Positions 50,689 through 60,698 of a stretch of DNA of 64,000 nt are shown piece by piece. Made by a program: the position numbers and the translations under genes. The notes under the pieces are model-generated. The model worked only from the letters and a program-made list of their open reading frames with translations, was not told where the DNA came from and did no database searches. The first letter of the stretch is position 1, and each line of letters opens with the position of its first letter. This stretch comes from an uncultured bacterium. Its GTDB lineage: Bacteria; Actinomycetota; Acidimicrobiia; Spongiisociales; UBA5794. The DNA lies in the NCBI GenBank assembly GCA_963801165.1, contig CAWDDT010000007.1, forward strand, positions 160,001-224,000, in the 5' to 3' direction.

Positions 50689-52110
50689 CTACATCAGACC
50701 GTGGTAGAGGGCGAGCAGCTTCTGCTCTTCGATTCCCCAGTTGTACTTCTGCGCCGCCGCCCTGGTGGCGGCCCGGTATTTGCCGAGATCGCTCAGGATG
50801 AGCCGTGCGGCGTTGGCCAGGCTCTCCGGGTCGGATGGATCCGCTACCTCGCCTACACCCTCCTCCTTGACGATACGGCCGATCTCGGGGGAGTCCGACC
50901 CGATCACCGCAATCCCGGCGATGATGTACTCGAACAGCTTGTTGGGAAGCGAGGTGTAGTAGCTGAGCGACGAGTTGACGATGTTGCACATTCCGATGTC
51001 GGCCGCGGCGGTCCACTGGAGAAGCTCGTCGTTCGGGATCGGCCCGAAGAACTTGACCCGGTCGGTGAGACCACGTTTGCGCACGTCCGCCTCCAGCTCG
51101 GGCCGGTAGTAGCCGTAGCCGACTACAACCAGCACGGCCTTGCCGAGCAGAGTGACCGCATCGATCGCCGGCTCGATGCCGCGGTTCTCCTGGATCGATC
51201 CCTGATAAATCAGGATGGGAGCATCGGCGGGTATGCCGAGCTCGCCGCGAAGATCCCGGGGGTGGTCGATCACCTCGAGCGCCGGGGTGTTGATGATGCT
51301 CACCGACGGGTTGGGGACCTTGCCGTATTTTCCGCGGTTGATGTCGATCCACGACGGCGAGGCGACGATCATTGCGTCGGCGTGAGGGAGCCAATGACTC
51401 TCGTTCCACGCAGCCCACCACCGCCATGACCGCGTCATCCGGTTGCGCTCGGTTTGCAGCTCGTGCGAGTCGTAGACCAGCCGGGCGTGTGTGCGCTTCT
51501 TGCACATCCACCCGACATAGAGGGTGTTGAGATCGTTGGAGTGATAGACGTCGGCCTTTGCGGCGAGCCCGACCTCGATCATGCGCCGGTTGATTGCCCA
51601 CGTCTTCAGCGCCCGGCCCTGTCTGCCAACCAGGAACTTGACCACCTTGAATCCGAACCTGGCGAGCCTGGCGATTCCCCGCAAGATCGGTGTTGTGACC
51701 CGCCCCCACAGGCGGCTGACATAAGTCGATGCGGCGTCGCCGGTGTCGGCAACGACGACCTCGACCTGGTCGCTCGGAGTGGCCGTCGAGGTCGGTATCC
51801 ACTGGCTCAGCTCCTTGGCGCGGTCCTCGTCCACCTCCTCGCCGGTGAGACGGGAGTGGCGGGTCTCGATCGACCCTGCGTAGCGAGCTGCGATCTTATT
51901 GAGCGTGCCCAACCCGAAGCTGAGCCGGCTGACCCGGACGACGTTGATGCCGTCTGCCGTCACCTCGTGCTCGGCGGTCTTGTCTGGGACATGTATGGCG
52001 ACCACCGTCACCTGGTGGCCTGCCCCGATGAGGGTCTTTGCCTCCTTGGTGACCCGGGCGTCGTACTCGAACGAGTTCTTCACGAACATGCAGATCTTCA
52101 TAGAGCCCAT
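50689..52110 (-). CDS. Glycosyltransferase family 4
   Basis: DARVTKEAKTL, YHSNDL, VYDSHE, YQGSIQENRG and LPNKLFEYIIAG motifs. Confidence 0.93.
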   Translation of the reverse strand: MGSMKICMFVKNSFEYDARVTKEAKTLIGAGHQVTVVAIHVPDKTAEHEVTADGINVVRVSRLSFGLGTLNKIAARYAGSIETRHSRLTGEEVDEDRAKELSQWIPTSTATPSDQVEVVVADTGDAASTYVSRLWGRVTTPILRGIARLARFGFKVVKFLVGRQGRALKTWAINRRMIEVGLAAKADVYHSNDLNTLYVGWMCKKRTHARLVYDSHELQTERNRMTRSWRWWAAWNESHWLPHADAMIVASPSWIDINRGKYGKVPNPSVSIINTPALEVIDHPRDLRGELGIPADAPILIYQGSIQENRGIEPAIDAVTLLGKAVLVVVGYGYYRPELEADVRKRGLTDRVKFFGPIPNDELLQWTAAADIGMCNIVNSSLSYYTSLPNKLFEYIIAGIAVIGSDSPEIGRIVKEEGVGEVADPSDPESLANAARLILSDLGKYRAATRAAAQKYNWGIEEQKLLALYHGLM

Positions 52111-52209
52111 GAGCGTACTGTGAAGTGTGGCGACGTGATTCCCACCGCTAGCCGCCACCGCTGTTCGTGGCTTCCTTATCGCTGCGATTCATCCACTACC
52201 ATCTCGCCC

Positions 52210-53979
52210 ATGCGAATCTGCTTGGTTGCAGTCGGCCGGTACTGCAACGACCCACGTGCCATGACGCTCGCCGGCAGCCTCGCCCATGTCGGTCACCAGG
52301 TCACCGTTGTCGCCAGTGGCCGTGCTGCCGATTGCGGTACTGACGGTATCGAGGTCAAGTTCGTACCCACTCGCTACCCGGTCGGCAGGGGCCGGGTTGG
52401 CAAGATCCTGCGCAGGATGCAAACCAAGGGCCTGCGAAGACGGCTCCACCACGCCCGGCTGGCCGAAGCGGTCCGCCGCTTCAAGCCGGACATCGTGTAT
52501 CCCACATCTGAGGCGGCGGTGCCGGTGGCCGTAGCCGCGGTCTCCGGGACCGAAGCAACGGTCGTTCGTGATCCGCGTTGGCGCGACGCGGGGCCTCGCG
52601 ACCTCGTCGACCTCGCCCCGCACAACCCCGAGCTCAGCGTGTCACCCGCCGGGCCGGGTGGCCGCTACCTGACCCCCGCCGACGAGCGCGAGCCGTACAC
52701 TCCGGAGCCGGACCGGTACCGGCATCTGCGCATCGCGTTGTGCTATCGCAAGACCGACACCAACCCGGGCAAATACCTCGAAGCGGCGATGGTCCGGGCG
52801 GGTATCACGGTCGACCTGCACACACAGGAGATCGACTGGCGTACGTTATCGCCAGACACCAACGCGGTGTTGTTCGTGGAAGGGCCGTACCCGGGGTTGC
52901 AGGTCAAGGGGCTCAACCCGGGTATTCCAGTCCTGTACTGGGTGCACCACGGTGAGCACCACATTCCCACCAATCTGCGTCTGGTCGAGCGCTATGGCGC
53001 CAACGCCGTGCTGCTGGCCCACTCCTGGCACCTGGCACACCGCTTCCCGGTTCCGGTGCATCGGTTCACGTTCGGGGTTGCCCCCGAGTTGGTCAACGCC
53101 TCGGTTCCGTGGCGGGAGCGCAAGTACGACGCGTCCATGGTCGGGGGACAGCTGCGTCGCAAGGGGGGCACGTATGCCAAGCGTCAGCAGCTCGTCGACA
53201 CGCTGGAGCAGGCGCTCGGCAAGAAGCACACCGCATTCAGGTCCGACGTGACCGCACAAGAGATGGCCGACATATACGCCAATGCGAAGATCATCCTCAA
53301 TGAGGGCGGCACCCGTCACTACCCGATCACCATGCGCGTTCTCGAGACGATTGGCTCCGGTGCGATCCTGGTCACCGACGACCTTCCTGGAACCGATCTG
53401 ATCGTGCCGCGCAAGCATTATTTCGTGCTGGAAGACGATGCCGTCGCCCAGGTCAAGCGTCTGCTGAGCAAGCCGGGTGAGATGGCGGCGATCGCTGCCG
53501 AGGCGCGTGAGTATGCCGTTGGCAGGCACACCTACGACCACAACGTCGACGACCTCGTCGAGATCATCAAGGGGATCAAGGCTCCGGTCGGGGAGGAGTC
53601 GATCCGTGAGATGAGCCCGATGGCTGCGCTGATAGACGAGGACGTCGAGGTGCAGCGGTTGGCACAGTTCGGGCTCCCCGATCTCGCCTCCGAGCTCGCC
53701 AGCCGCGAAGTGTGGGATGGAGAGGGGCGGATCGGACAGCTCAACCCCGACACCATGGAGGCCGTCGCCATCGGTCCGCAAGGAACCCGGCACCTGGTCC
53801 GTGCCCTCCAGGCCGCCCGGCGCTACATCTACGCCGCAGGCGAGATCGAGGTCATCGAACAGTACGTCATCCGCGAGCTCCCGGACGCCACGGTGACCCA
53901 CCACGACGGTCTGCTTCGTGTCGACCTGAACGCTGAGTCGTACCGGATACTGGCGCACGAGCGGGTCATCACCACCTGA
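52210..53979 (+). CDS. Glycosyltransferase with GT4-like N-terminus and CgeB-like (Glyco_trans_1_2) domain
   Basis: DPRAMTLAGSL, EMADIYANAKIILN, TMRVLETIGSG and HTYDH motifs; TACCAT lies 7 nt before the ATG. Confidence 0.8.
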   Translation: MRICLVAVGRYCNDPRAMTLAGSLAHVGHQVTVVASGRAADCGTDGIEVKFVPTRYPVGRGRVGKILRRMQTKGLRRRLHHARLAEAVRRFKPDIVYPTSEAAVPVAVAAVSGTEATVVRDPRWRDAGPRDLVDLAPHNPELSVSPAGPGGRYLTPADEREPYTPEPDRYRHLRIALCYRKTDTNPGKYLEAAMVRAGITVDLHTQEIDWRTLSPDTNAVLFVEGPYPGLQVKGLNPGIPVLYWVHHGEHHIPTNLRLVERYGANAVLLAHSWHLAHRFPVPVHRFTFGVAPELVNASVPWRERKYDASMVGGQLRRKGGTYAKRQQLVDTLEQALGKKHTAFRSDVTAQEMADIYANAKIILNEGGTRHYPITMRVLETIGSGAILVTDDLPGTDLIVPRKHYFVLEDDAVAQVKRLLSKPGEMAAIAAEAREYAVGRHTYDHNVDDLVEIIKGIKAPVGEESIREMSPMAALIDEDVEVQRLAQFGLPDLASELASREVWDGEGRIGQLNPDTMEAVAIGPQGTRHLVRALQAARRYIYAAGEIEVIEQYVIRELPDATVTHHDGLLRVDLNAESYRILAHERVITT

Positions 53980-53990
53980 CCGGAGGACCC

Positions 53991-56618
53991 ATGCCACGGT
54001 ACGTTGCGGCCGAGAACGACTACCGCGGGGTGCGCTCGATGCCCCCCGGCCCGGAGCCCTCGGTCGCGGTTGTGATCCCGGTCTACAACCGGGTCGATCT
54101 GCTTGCCAACACCCTGGCCGGTCTCGTGGCGCAGACCTACACCCCGTTGCGGGTGGTCGTCGCCGACGATGGATCGGACGAGGACGTCGCCGCCGTGATC
54201 TCGCAATTCGAAGGTGATCTCGAGGTGCGGCTGGTGCGCCAGCAGCACGACGGCTACGGGGCAGGCCGGGCTCGCAACCTGGGTTCGGCGGCGACCGATG
54301 CCGACGTTCTGGTGTTCATCGACGCCGATTGCGTCCCCGATCCCGAACTGGTGCGACGTCATGCGGATTGGCATCGCCACGCGGGCAACCTGGTCGTCAT
54401 CGGCTCCCGACACCACCTCGACACGTCGGAGATCGACCGGGACGCTCTGCGCCGCGGCCGGGCCGACCTCAGAAGTCGAATCGCCAGCACTACCAACCCC
54501 GAGCCCGGTCTCGTTCCCGACGACTTCCGCCGGGTCTTCTACAGGCGTACTGCAGGCCTGCGGCTCGGCGATGAGGCGTTTCGCTCGCTCGTCTCATCCA
54601 ACTTCTCGATCCCGAGGCAGGCCTTCATCGATATCGGTGGGTTCTGCGAGGACTTCGACCGGTGGGGCGGCGAGGATACAGAGCTGGGCTGGCGTCTCTT
54701 CAACGACGGCTTTTTCTTCGTCCCGGAGAACAGCGCGGCGATCTACCACCAGACCCAACAGGACGAGGGCGACACCTCCGACTGGCGGCAACGGGCGCGC
54801 TCGGCCAACGAAGGGATCATCCAGGCGAAGATCCCGCACCGCTTCTACCGGAAGTCGGAGCGTGGCTACATCTACGAGACACCGAAACTGACGTGGCTGA
54901 TCACCCCGACCGTCGCCGGTCGCGCTCAAGAGCTATGGGACCAGATCCTCAAGCAGACGTTCACCGACTTCGAGGTGATCCTCGTCGGTGGTTCACCCGA
55001 GGTGGATCTCCTGGGCGAGACCCTCAGCGGCGACCCACGGCTCACGGTCATCCCCCCGAACGCGGACGGCTCACCGGGCTTCCGGGAGGCGCTGCGGGCC
55101 AGCCGCGGCGAGTACGTCGCCATCCTGCACGGGTGGGCGTCGCTCGATCACAGGCTGGCGAGCCGAGCGGTACGGCGTCTCGATGCCAACCCCCGGGCCT
55201 CGATCGTGCGCACCGGCTATCAGGTGGTTGCGGGGGATGGTTCGACGACATACCTCTACGACGAGGCGATTGTGGGGATCGATTCGGCATGGGGCGATTT
55301 GCCGATCTTCGCAATGACGAGACGGCGTGAGTGGGCAAAATTGATCGACGAGAACGCGGACGCCGCGGGCATGTGGCAGGAAGTCATGCGGCTGTCCGAC
55401 ACTAAGGCGCTGCGGGACGGCATGGTGGCGATACCGGCGCTCAGCCCTACCGACGAGATGCCGGATGAGTTCCCCTCCATCACCGGGGAACGGACCCATT
55501 TCGTCGACGACGTCACCAAGGGCGGGGCCAAGCGTGCCGCGGTTGCGGTGGCCCGGTTCGCAGTGGCAAAGGCGCAGCGCAAACCCTATCGGCCCATCGG
55601 CCTCGACACGACTCGCAGCGCCCGTCTCGAGCCGGATACCGGAGGGGAGCCGGTACCGGGGGTCTCCTATATCGGGTGGCTCGGTCGGGAGAACTTCGGC
55701 GACGAGATCATGCTGCGGGCGGTCCAGGGGCTCCTACCAAACGCCAGGGTCGGGTATGAAGCTCCGGGAGCCAAGTTGTTGCTGTTGGGCGGGGGAACGT
55801 TGATCAACCGGCTCACCTATCTCGAGGCGTTGCGCCGCCACGACAGCCCGCGGGTCGAGCGTGCCGTGTTCGGCACCGGAGTCGCCGATCCGACGTATTG
55901 GGGGATCACCGAGCCGACCGACCACTGGCTCGATTTCCTCGACACCTGCATCTATGTGGGTGTGCGCGGTCCTCGCTCCGAGGCGTTGCTGCGTGAATGG
56001 GGTTTCCAGGGGGAGCTCGAGATCGTTGGTGATCCCGGCCTGTCGATCGACCCGGCGCATCCGGTTGCCCGTGATGAAGGCCTGGTAGTGGTGAGCCCTG
56101 CTTTCACCGGCGGCGAGCTGTTGGGGGAGAGCGACGAAGCGGTGTTCGCCGCGATGGCGCGTATGGTCGAAACCCTCCGCGGCAACGATCATCCGGTCGC
56201 CTACCTGTCGTGCTACCCCGGCGACGATCGCTTCATCATGGAGATCATGCGCGACTCCGGATCGGTCGACGCCCGCTACGTCGCCGCCTACGCCGACCAC
56301 GACGCCGGCATCGAGTTGCTGGCGAGCGCTGGAGTCGTCGTTGCCGAGCGGCTCCACGCCGCAGTCATCGCGGCCGCCGCGGGGACGCCCTTTGTGGCGA
56401 TCGAATACCGGCCCAAGGTGCGCGATTTCGCCCGGTCGGTCGAGCAGGAGATGTACGTGATCCGCAGCGACGAGATCAGTTCCGAACGTCTGGTTGAGAT
56501 GGTCGGTCTGGCAGGAGCCGGGGAGACTGCAAAGACCCGCCTTCGTGAGTCGGTCGCGGCCTACCGGTCTCGTCAGACCTCCGCCGCCGCCCTCCTCAAC
56601 CAGATCCTCGAGACCTGA
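53991..56618 (+). CDS. GT2 / degenerate GT2 / polysaccharide pyruvyltransferase (CsaB/WcaK-like) fusion
   Basis: VIPVYN, ADDGS, FIDADC and WGGEDTELGWR motifs; KQTFTDFEVI; C-terminal GWLGRENFGDE, GGGT, GVRG, GDP and RLHAAVIAAAAGTPFVAIEYRPKV. Confidence 0.88.
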   Translation: MPRYVAAENDYRGVRSMPPGPEPSVAVVIPVYNRVDLLANTLAGLVAQTYTPLRVVVADDGSDEDVAAVISQFEGDLEVRLVRQQHDGYGAGRARNLGSAATDADVLVFIDADCVPDPELVRRHADWHRHAGNLVVIGSRHHLDTSEIDRDALRRGRADLRSRIASTTNPEPGLVPDDFRRVFYRRTAGLRLGDEAFRSLVSSNFSIPRQAFIDIGGFCEDFDRWGGEDTELGWRLFNDGFFFVPENSAAIYHQTQQDEGDTSDWRQRARSANEGIIQAKIPHRFYRKSERGYIYETPKLTWLITPTVAGRAQELWDQILKQTFTDFEVILVGGSPEVDLLGETLSGDPRLTVIPPNADGSPGFREALRASRGEYVAILHGWASLDHRLASRAVRRLDANPRASIVRTGYQVVAGDGSTTYLYDEAIVGIDSAWGDLPIFAMTRRREWAKLIDENADAAGMWQEVMRLSDTKALRDGMVAIPALSPTDEMPDEFPSITGERTHFVDDVTKGGAKRAAVAVARFAVAKAQRKPYRPIGLDTTRSARLEPDTGGEPVPGVSYIGWLGRENFGDEIMLRAVQGLLPNARVGYEAPGAKLLLLGGGTLINRLTYLEALRRHDSPRVERAVFGTGVADPTYWGITEPTDHWLDFLDTCIYVGVRGPRSEALLREWGFQGELEIVGDPGLSIDPAHPVARDEGLVVVSPAFTGGELLGESDEAVFAAMARMVETLRGNDHPVAYLSCYPGDDRFIMEIMRDSGSVDARYVAAYADHDAGIELLASAGVVVAERLHAAVIAAAAGTPFVAIEYRPKVRDFARSVEQEMYVIRSDEISSERLVEMVGLAGAGETAKTRLRESVAAYRSRQTSAAALLNQILET

Positions 56619-56713
56619 CCAAGGCCCGGCCCCGGCGTGGTCTGTGCATCACGACGGGAGGGCTCACATCCGCCGTCGCTTGGTACCGGCAGAAATCGGG
56701 CGCGTTAGGGGCC

Positions 56714-58477
56714 ATGCGGAAACTATCGTCGGTGAGCATGCGAACTCTCTCCGTGACAATTCTGGCGGTGGTGATGTTGATCGTCGCCGCGGCGGGCGCT
56801 CTGGCCGGTCTCCCGCCGGGTGGAACCTTCACCGATGACAACGGCAACGTCCACGAGGGCTACATCGAAGCCATCGCGGCGGCCGGCATCACCAGGGGCT
56901 GCAATCCGCCGGTCAACGACGAGTATTGCCCCAGCGACTTCGTGACGCGAGGCGAGATGGCCGCCTTTGTGGTTCGCACGCTCGGGTTGACAGGCGACGG
57001 TGGCCGCGACTGGTTCACAGACGACAGCGGCAACACGTTCGAAGCCGACATCAACAAGCTGGCCGCGGCCGGGATCACCAAGGGATGCAACCCACCTGCC
57101 AACGACATGTACTGCCCGAACGACCGGGTCAGCAGGGGCCAGATGGCGGCGTTCCTCGTGCGTGCCTACGGATACTCGGACCCGGGATCTGGTGACTTCT
57201 TCACAGACGACAACGGGAACACATTCGAGGCCGACATCAACAAGCTGGCCGCGGCCGGGATCACCAAGGGATGCAACCCGCCGACCAACGACCACTACTG
57301 CCCGTACTCGAACGTGAGGCGGGACGAGATGGCGAGCTTCCTCGGCCGCACCGAAGGTCTCGAGCCGCTGGTGCCTCCACCGGCGGTTGAGCCCGGAATC
57401 GAGACCGTGGTGACCGGGCTCAACTACCCCGTGTATGCCACGTCTCCGCAGGGCGGCGACCGGCTCTTCGTCGTCGAGAAGGGCGGCTACATCCGGATCG
57501 TGGCCAACGACAAACTGCAGCCGGGAACCTTCCTCGACATCCACACGAAGGTGTCGGGTGGAGGAGAGCAAGGTCTTCTCAGTCTGGCCTTCTCACCCGA
57601 CTACGCCACCGACGGTCTCTTCTACGTCGACTACACCGACACGGCAGGTGACTCGCATATTGTCGAGTATTCGGTCTCGTCGGATCCGGACGTTGCCGAT
57701 GCCGGTTCGGCGCACACGGTCCTCACGGTCGACCAGCCATTCTCCAACCACAACGGCGGGCTGATCATGTTCGATCCGGACGGCTACCTGTTGGTCGGTC
57801 TCGGTGACGGGGGCAGCGCCGGTGATCCATTCGAGACCGGGCAGGACAACACGGACCTGCTCGGTTCGCTGCTTCGGATCGGCGTCGGCGGTGACGACTT
57901 CCCGAGCGACGCCTCGCGCAACTACACGATTCCCCCCGACAACCCGTACGTGGGCAAGAGCGGTGCGGACGAGGTATGGGCCTACGGGTTGCGCAATCCC
58001 TGGCGTTTCTCTATCGATTCCGAGACGGGTTTGCTCTACATAGGAGATGTCGGGCAGGGTGCCTGGGAAGAGGTAGACGTGGCCCCGTCGAGCGAAGGCG
58101 GCCGCAACTACGGCTGGGACAACTACGAGGGCAACCACTGCTTCAGCGACACCTCCGGCCCGACCAATTGCAGCTCGACCGGAATCACATTCCCCGTATA
58201 CGAGTACTCACACGGCGAGGGTTGCTCGATCACCGGTGGCTACGTGTATCGCGGCGACGAGATACCGGACCTCAAGGGCCAGTACTTCTTCGCCGACTAC
58301 TGCATTGGGGAGCTACACAGCTTCCACTACGTGAACGGTGTCCGCGACTCCGACCACAACTGGGCTTCCGACTTCGGCAGTCTCGGCTCGGTCACATCGT
58401 TTGGAGTCGACAGCTCGAACAGGCTCTACATCATGAACTCGGCAGGTGATCTCATGCGATTGGCCCCATCCGGCTGA
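56714..58477 (+). CDS. Secreted protein: 3 N-terminal SLH-like repeats plus a glucose/sorbosone dehydrogenase (PQQ-dependent) beta-propeller
   Basis: GEQGLLSLAFSP, NHNGG, GLGDGG, AYGLRNPWR, GDVGQ, NYGW and SITGGYVYRG motifs. Confidence 0.92.
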   Translation: MRKLSSVSMRTLSVTILAVVMLIVAAAGALAGLPPGGTFTDDNGNVHEGYIEAIAAAGITRGCNPPVNDEYCPSDFVTRGEMAAFVVRTLGLTGDGGRDWFTDDSGNTFEADINKLAAAGITKGCNPPANDMYCPNDRVSRGQMAAFLVRAYGYSDPGSGDFFTDDNGNTFEADINKLAAAGITKGCNPPTNDHYCPYSNVRRDEMASFLGRTEGLEPLVPPPAVEPGIETVVTGLNYPVYATSPQGGDRLFVVEKGGYIRIVANDKLQPGTFLDIHTKVSGGGEQGLLSLAFSPDYATDGLFYVDYTDTAGDSHIVEYSVSSDPDVADAGSAHTVLTVDQPFSNHNGGLIMFDPDGYLLVGLGDGGSAGDPFETGQDNTDLLGSLLRIGVGGDDFPSDASRNYTIPPDNPYVGKSGADEVWAYGLRNPWRFSIDSETGLLYIGDVGQGAWEEVDVAPSSEGGRNYGWDNYEGNHCFSDTSGPTNCSSTGITFPVYEYSHGEGCSITGGYVYRGDEIPDLKGQYFFADYCIGELHSFHYVNGVRDSDHNWASDFGSLGSVTSFGVDSSNRLYIMNSAGDLMRLAPSG

Positions 58478-60570
58478 TGCGGCGGATTTGGTGTCTCCTC
58501 GTGGTTGCGGGGGTGGTCGCGACGTCCCTGGCGTTCTCACCACCTGTACGCGCCGCTGTGGGCGAGGGTACCGCCACCATCTCCACCGCCGAGTCGTGGG
58601 CTTGCGGGCAGCCATCGACCGATGGCAGCTATGCGTTCAAGATCGGCGGTATCAGCGACAGCCAGCCCGTCGGCGGTCCCCGTGCCGACCTCCTCGGTCG
58701 AACGATCGGGGAGGTGCGCGACTCGCTCGTGCATTGGACTGTGCCGATGTCCGGCGGCTATCAGGTTCTCGTCCACGAGCGGGAGTTGCCGGCGCTGAAT
58801 CAGGTCACGGCCAACCTCGCCGCCGAGCAAGCGAAGGGCCACTACTACGCGGTGAAGTCCTGGGAGACATATGGCTTCTCGGCACGGACCATCGGTGGTC
58901 GCTATCAGATCTCGCTCCACGCCCATGGGCTGGCCATCGACATCAATTCGGCATCCAATCCGTACCGTGCCGACGGAAAGCTCATCACCAACATTCCCGA
59001 TTGGTTCGTCAAAGCATGGACGGATGCCGGCTTTTGCTGGGGTGGCAGCTGGTACACGGCCAAGGACCCGATGCACTTCTCGTGGATGGGCCCGGCGGCA
59101 ACTCCCGGATACGGGGACATGCCGATGGCGTACCCGGTCCACACCTCTGCCGCCGACTACAGCGACGTCGTGATGGCAACGACGACGGAGTTCGGCGTTC
59201 CCAACAGCGACTACCGGTACCTGCTCGGCGACGGTGACGGCGATGGCCTTGCGGATGTCTTCCAGCTCGTGCCCAAGGACAACGGGACCCGCCTCGAGTA
59301 TTCACAGACCGACCGCAAACACGCCTGGTGCGCCATCGGACGGGACCATGCGCTCGACACATACGTGGGCGACCGGATTCCCCTGCTCGGTGACTATTCC
59401 CGTGTCGGGAGGAACGACCTGCTCCTGCTGGATACGAGCGGTACTGAGCTGAGCATCGAGGTGTCGCTGAAACCGACCGCGTTCTCGGAGTCGATCGTGC
59501 TGGACACCACGATCCCCGTCGTTGCCGGTGACGACTACCTGCTCGGTGATCACAACCGGGACGGCTACGTCGATCTCTACGTCATCCATCACGGGGCGGG
59601 GACGACGAGCGTTGACATCTACAGCGGTGTCGACGATTTCGCCACACTGCTGCTGTCGGTCGACACCGGTCTCGGTGATACCAGCAACAGCCTCTTCACG
59701 CTCGGCGACCGCAATCTGGACGAGCTTCCTGATCTCTTTGCCGTGACCCCCGATGGAGACCACGCCACGGTAGACGTGCTCCACAACGGGTACCAAACCA
59801 TCGATGAGACATTCACCGTCCCGATCGCAGCCGATCTCATGGACGTGCTGGTGAACGACTTCGACGGCGACGGCCGGGGCGACCTGTGGCTGTGGGACGT
59901 GACCGGCAAGCTGACGGTTCGTCTCGGCAACACCCGGATCCCCGGGGTGGCCCCCGATTTCTGGCACAACGACCCCGGCTGGCAGTGCAACCCCGACTCA
60001 CCGTCCTACGTGTTCGACGGGACGTTCCGTGACGACGACGGCAACATGCACGAGGGCAACATCGAGGTGATAGCCGGGGCGGGAGTCACCAAGGGCTGCA
60101 ATCCGCCGTTCAACGATGAGTACTGCCCCGACGAAGACGTCACCCGGGGGGAGATGGCGGCGTTCCTGGTGCGGGCCCTCGGGCTGACGGACGACGGTGG
60201 TCGTGACTGGTTCACCGATGACGACGGCAACGTTTTCGAGTCCGACATCAACAAGCTTGCCGCCGCGGGAGTGACCAGGGGGTGTGATCCGCCCGACAAC
60301 ACCCGGTTCTGCCCCAACGACAAGGTGAGTCGTGCCGAGATGGCGGCGTTCCTTGTGCGCGGTCTCGGTCTGACCGCGGGGAGCGGCAAAGACACGTTCG
60401 TCGATGACAACGCCTCGATCTTCGAAGATGACATCGACAGGCTGGCGGCTGCGGGCATCACCAGAGGGTGCAACCCACCGACCAACGACAGGTTCTGCCC
60501 CTATGCCGACGTCCGCCGTGACGAGATGGCCAGCTTCCTCGCCAGAGCCCTCCCGTTTATCCAGGATTGA
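58477..60570 (+). CDS. Secreted M15-family metallopeptidase with FG-GAP/VCBS-like repeats and 3 SLH-like repeats
   Basis: SLHAHGLAIDIN and WGGSW...DPMHF motifs; GDGDGDGLAD, GDHNRDGYVDL and DFDGDGRGDL repeats; C-terminal GxT(K/R)GC(N/D)PP modules. Confidence 0.88.
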   Translation: MRRIWCLLVVAGVVATSLAFSPPVRAAVGEGTATISTAESWACGQPSTDGSYAFKIGGISDSQPVGGPRADLLGRTIGEVRDSLVHWTVPMSGGYQVLVHERELPALNQVTANLAAEQAKGHYYAVKSWETYGFSARTIGGRYQISLHAHGLAIDINSASNPYRADGKLITNIPDWFVKAWTDAGFCWGGSWYTAKDPMHFSWMGPAATPGYGDMPMAYPVHTSAADYSDVVMATTTEFGVPNSDYRYLLGDGDGDGLADVFQLVPKDNGTRLEYSQTDRKHAWCAIGRDHALDTYVGDRIPLLGDYSRVGRNDLLLLDTSGTELSIEVSLKPTAFSESIVLDTTIPVVAGDDYLLGDHNRDGYVDLYVIHHGAGTTSVDIYSGVDDFATLLLSVDTGLGDTSNSLFTLGDRNLDELPDLFAVTPDGDHATVDVLHNGYQTIDETFTVPIAADLMDVLVNDFDGDGRGDLWLWDVTGKLTVRLGNTRIPGVAPDFWHNDPGWQCNPDSPSYVFDGTFRDDDGNMHEGNIEVIAGAGVTKGCNPPFNDEYCPDEDVTRGEMAAFLVRALGLTDDGGRDWFTDDDGNVFESDINKLAAAGVTRGCDPPDNTRFCPNDKVSRAEMAAFLVRGLGLTAGSGKDTFVDDNASIFEDDIDRLAAAGITRGCNPPTNDRFCPYADVRRDEMASFLARALPFIQD

Positions 60571-60698
60571 CCCGAAAGGGGTTGCCAGTTTGTGGGTGGT
60601 GGGTGGACAATGAGGGGCGATCTGTACGATCATTGGCGGGTCGGGGCGCTCAAGCTCGCCCCGCGGCTGTCGATATCTGGACTATGTCTGTGAGGACT

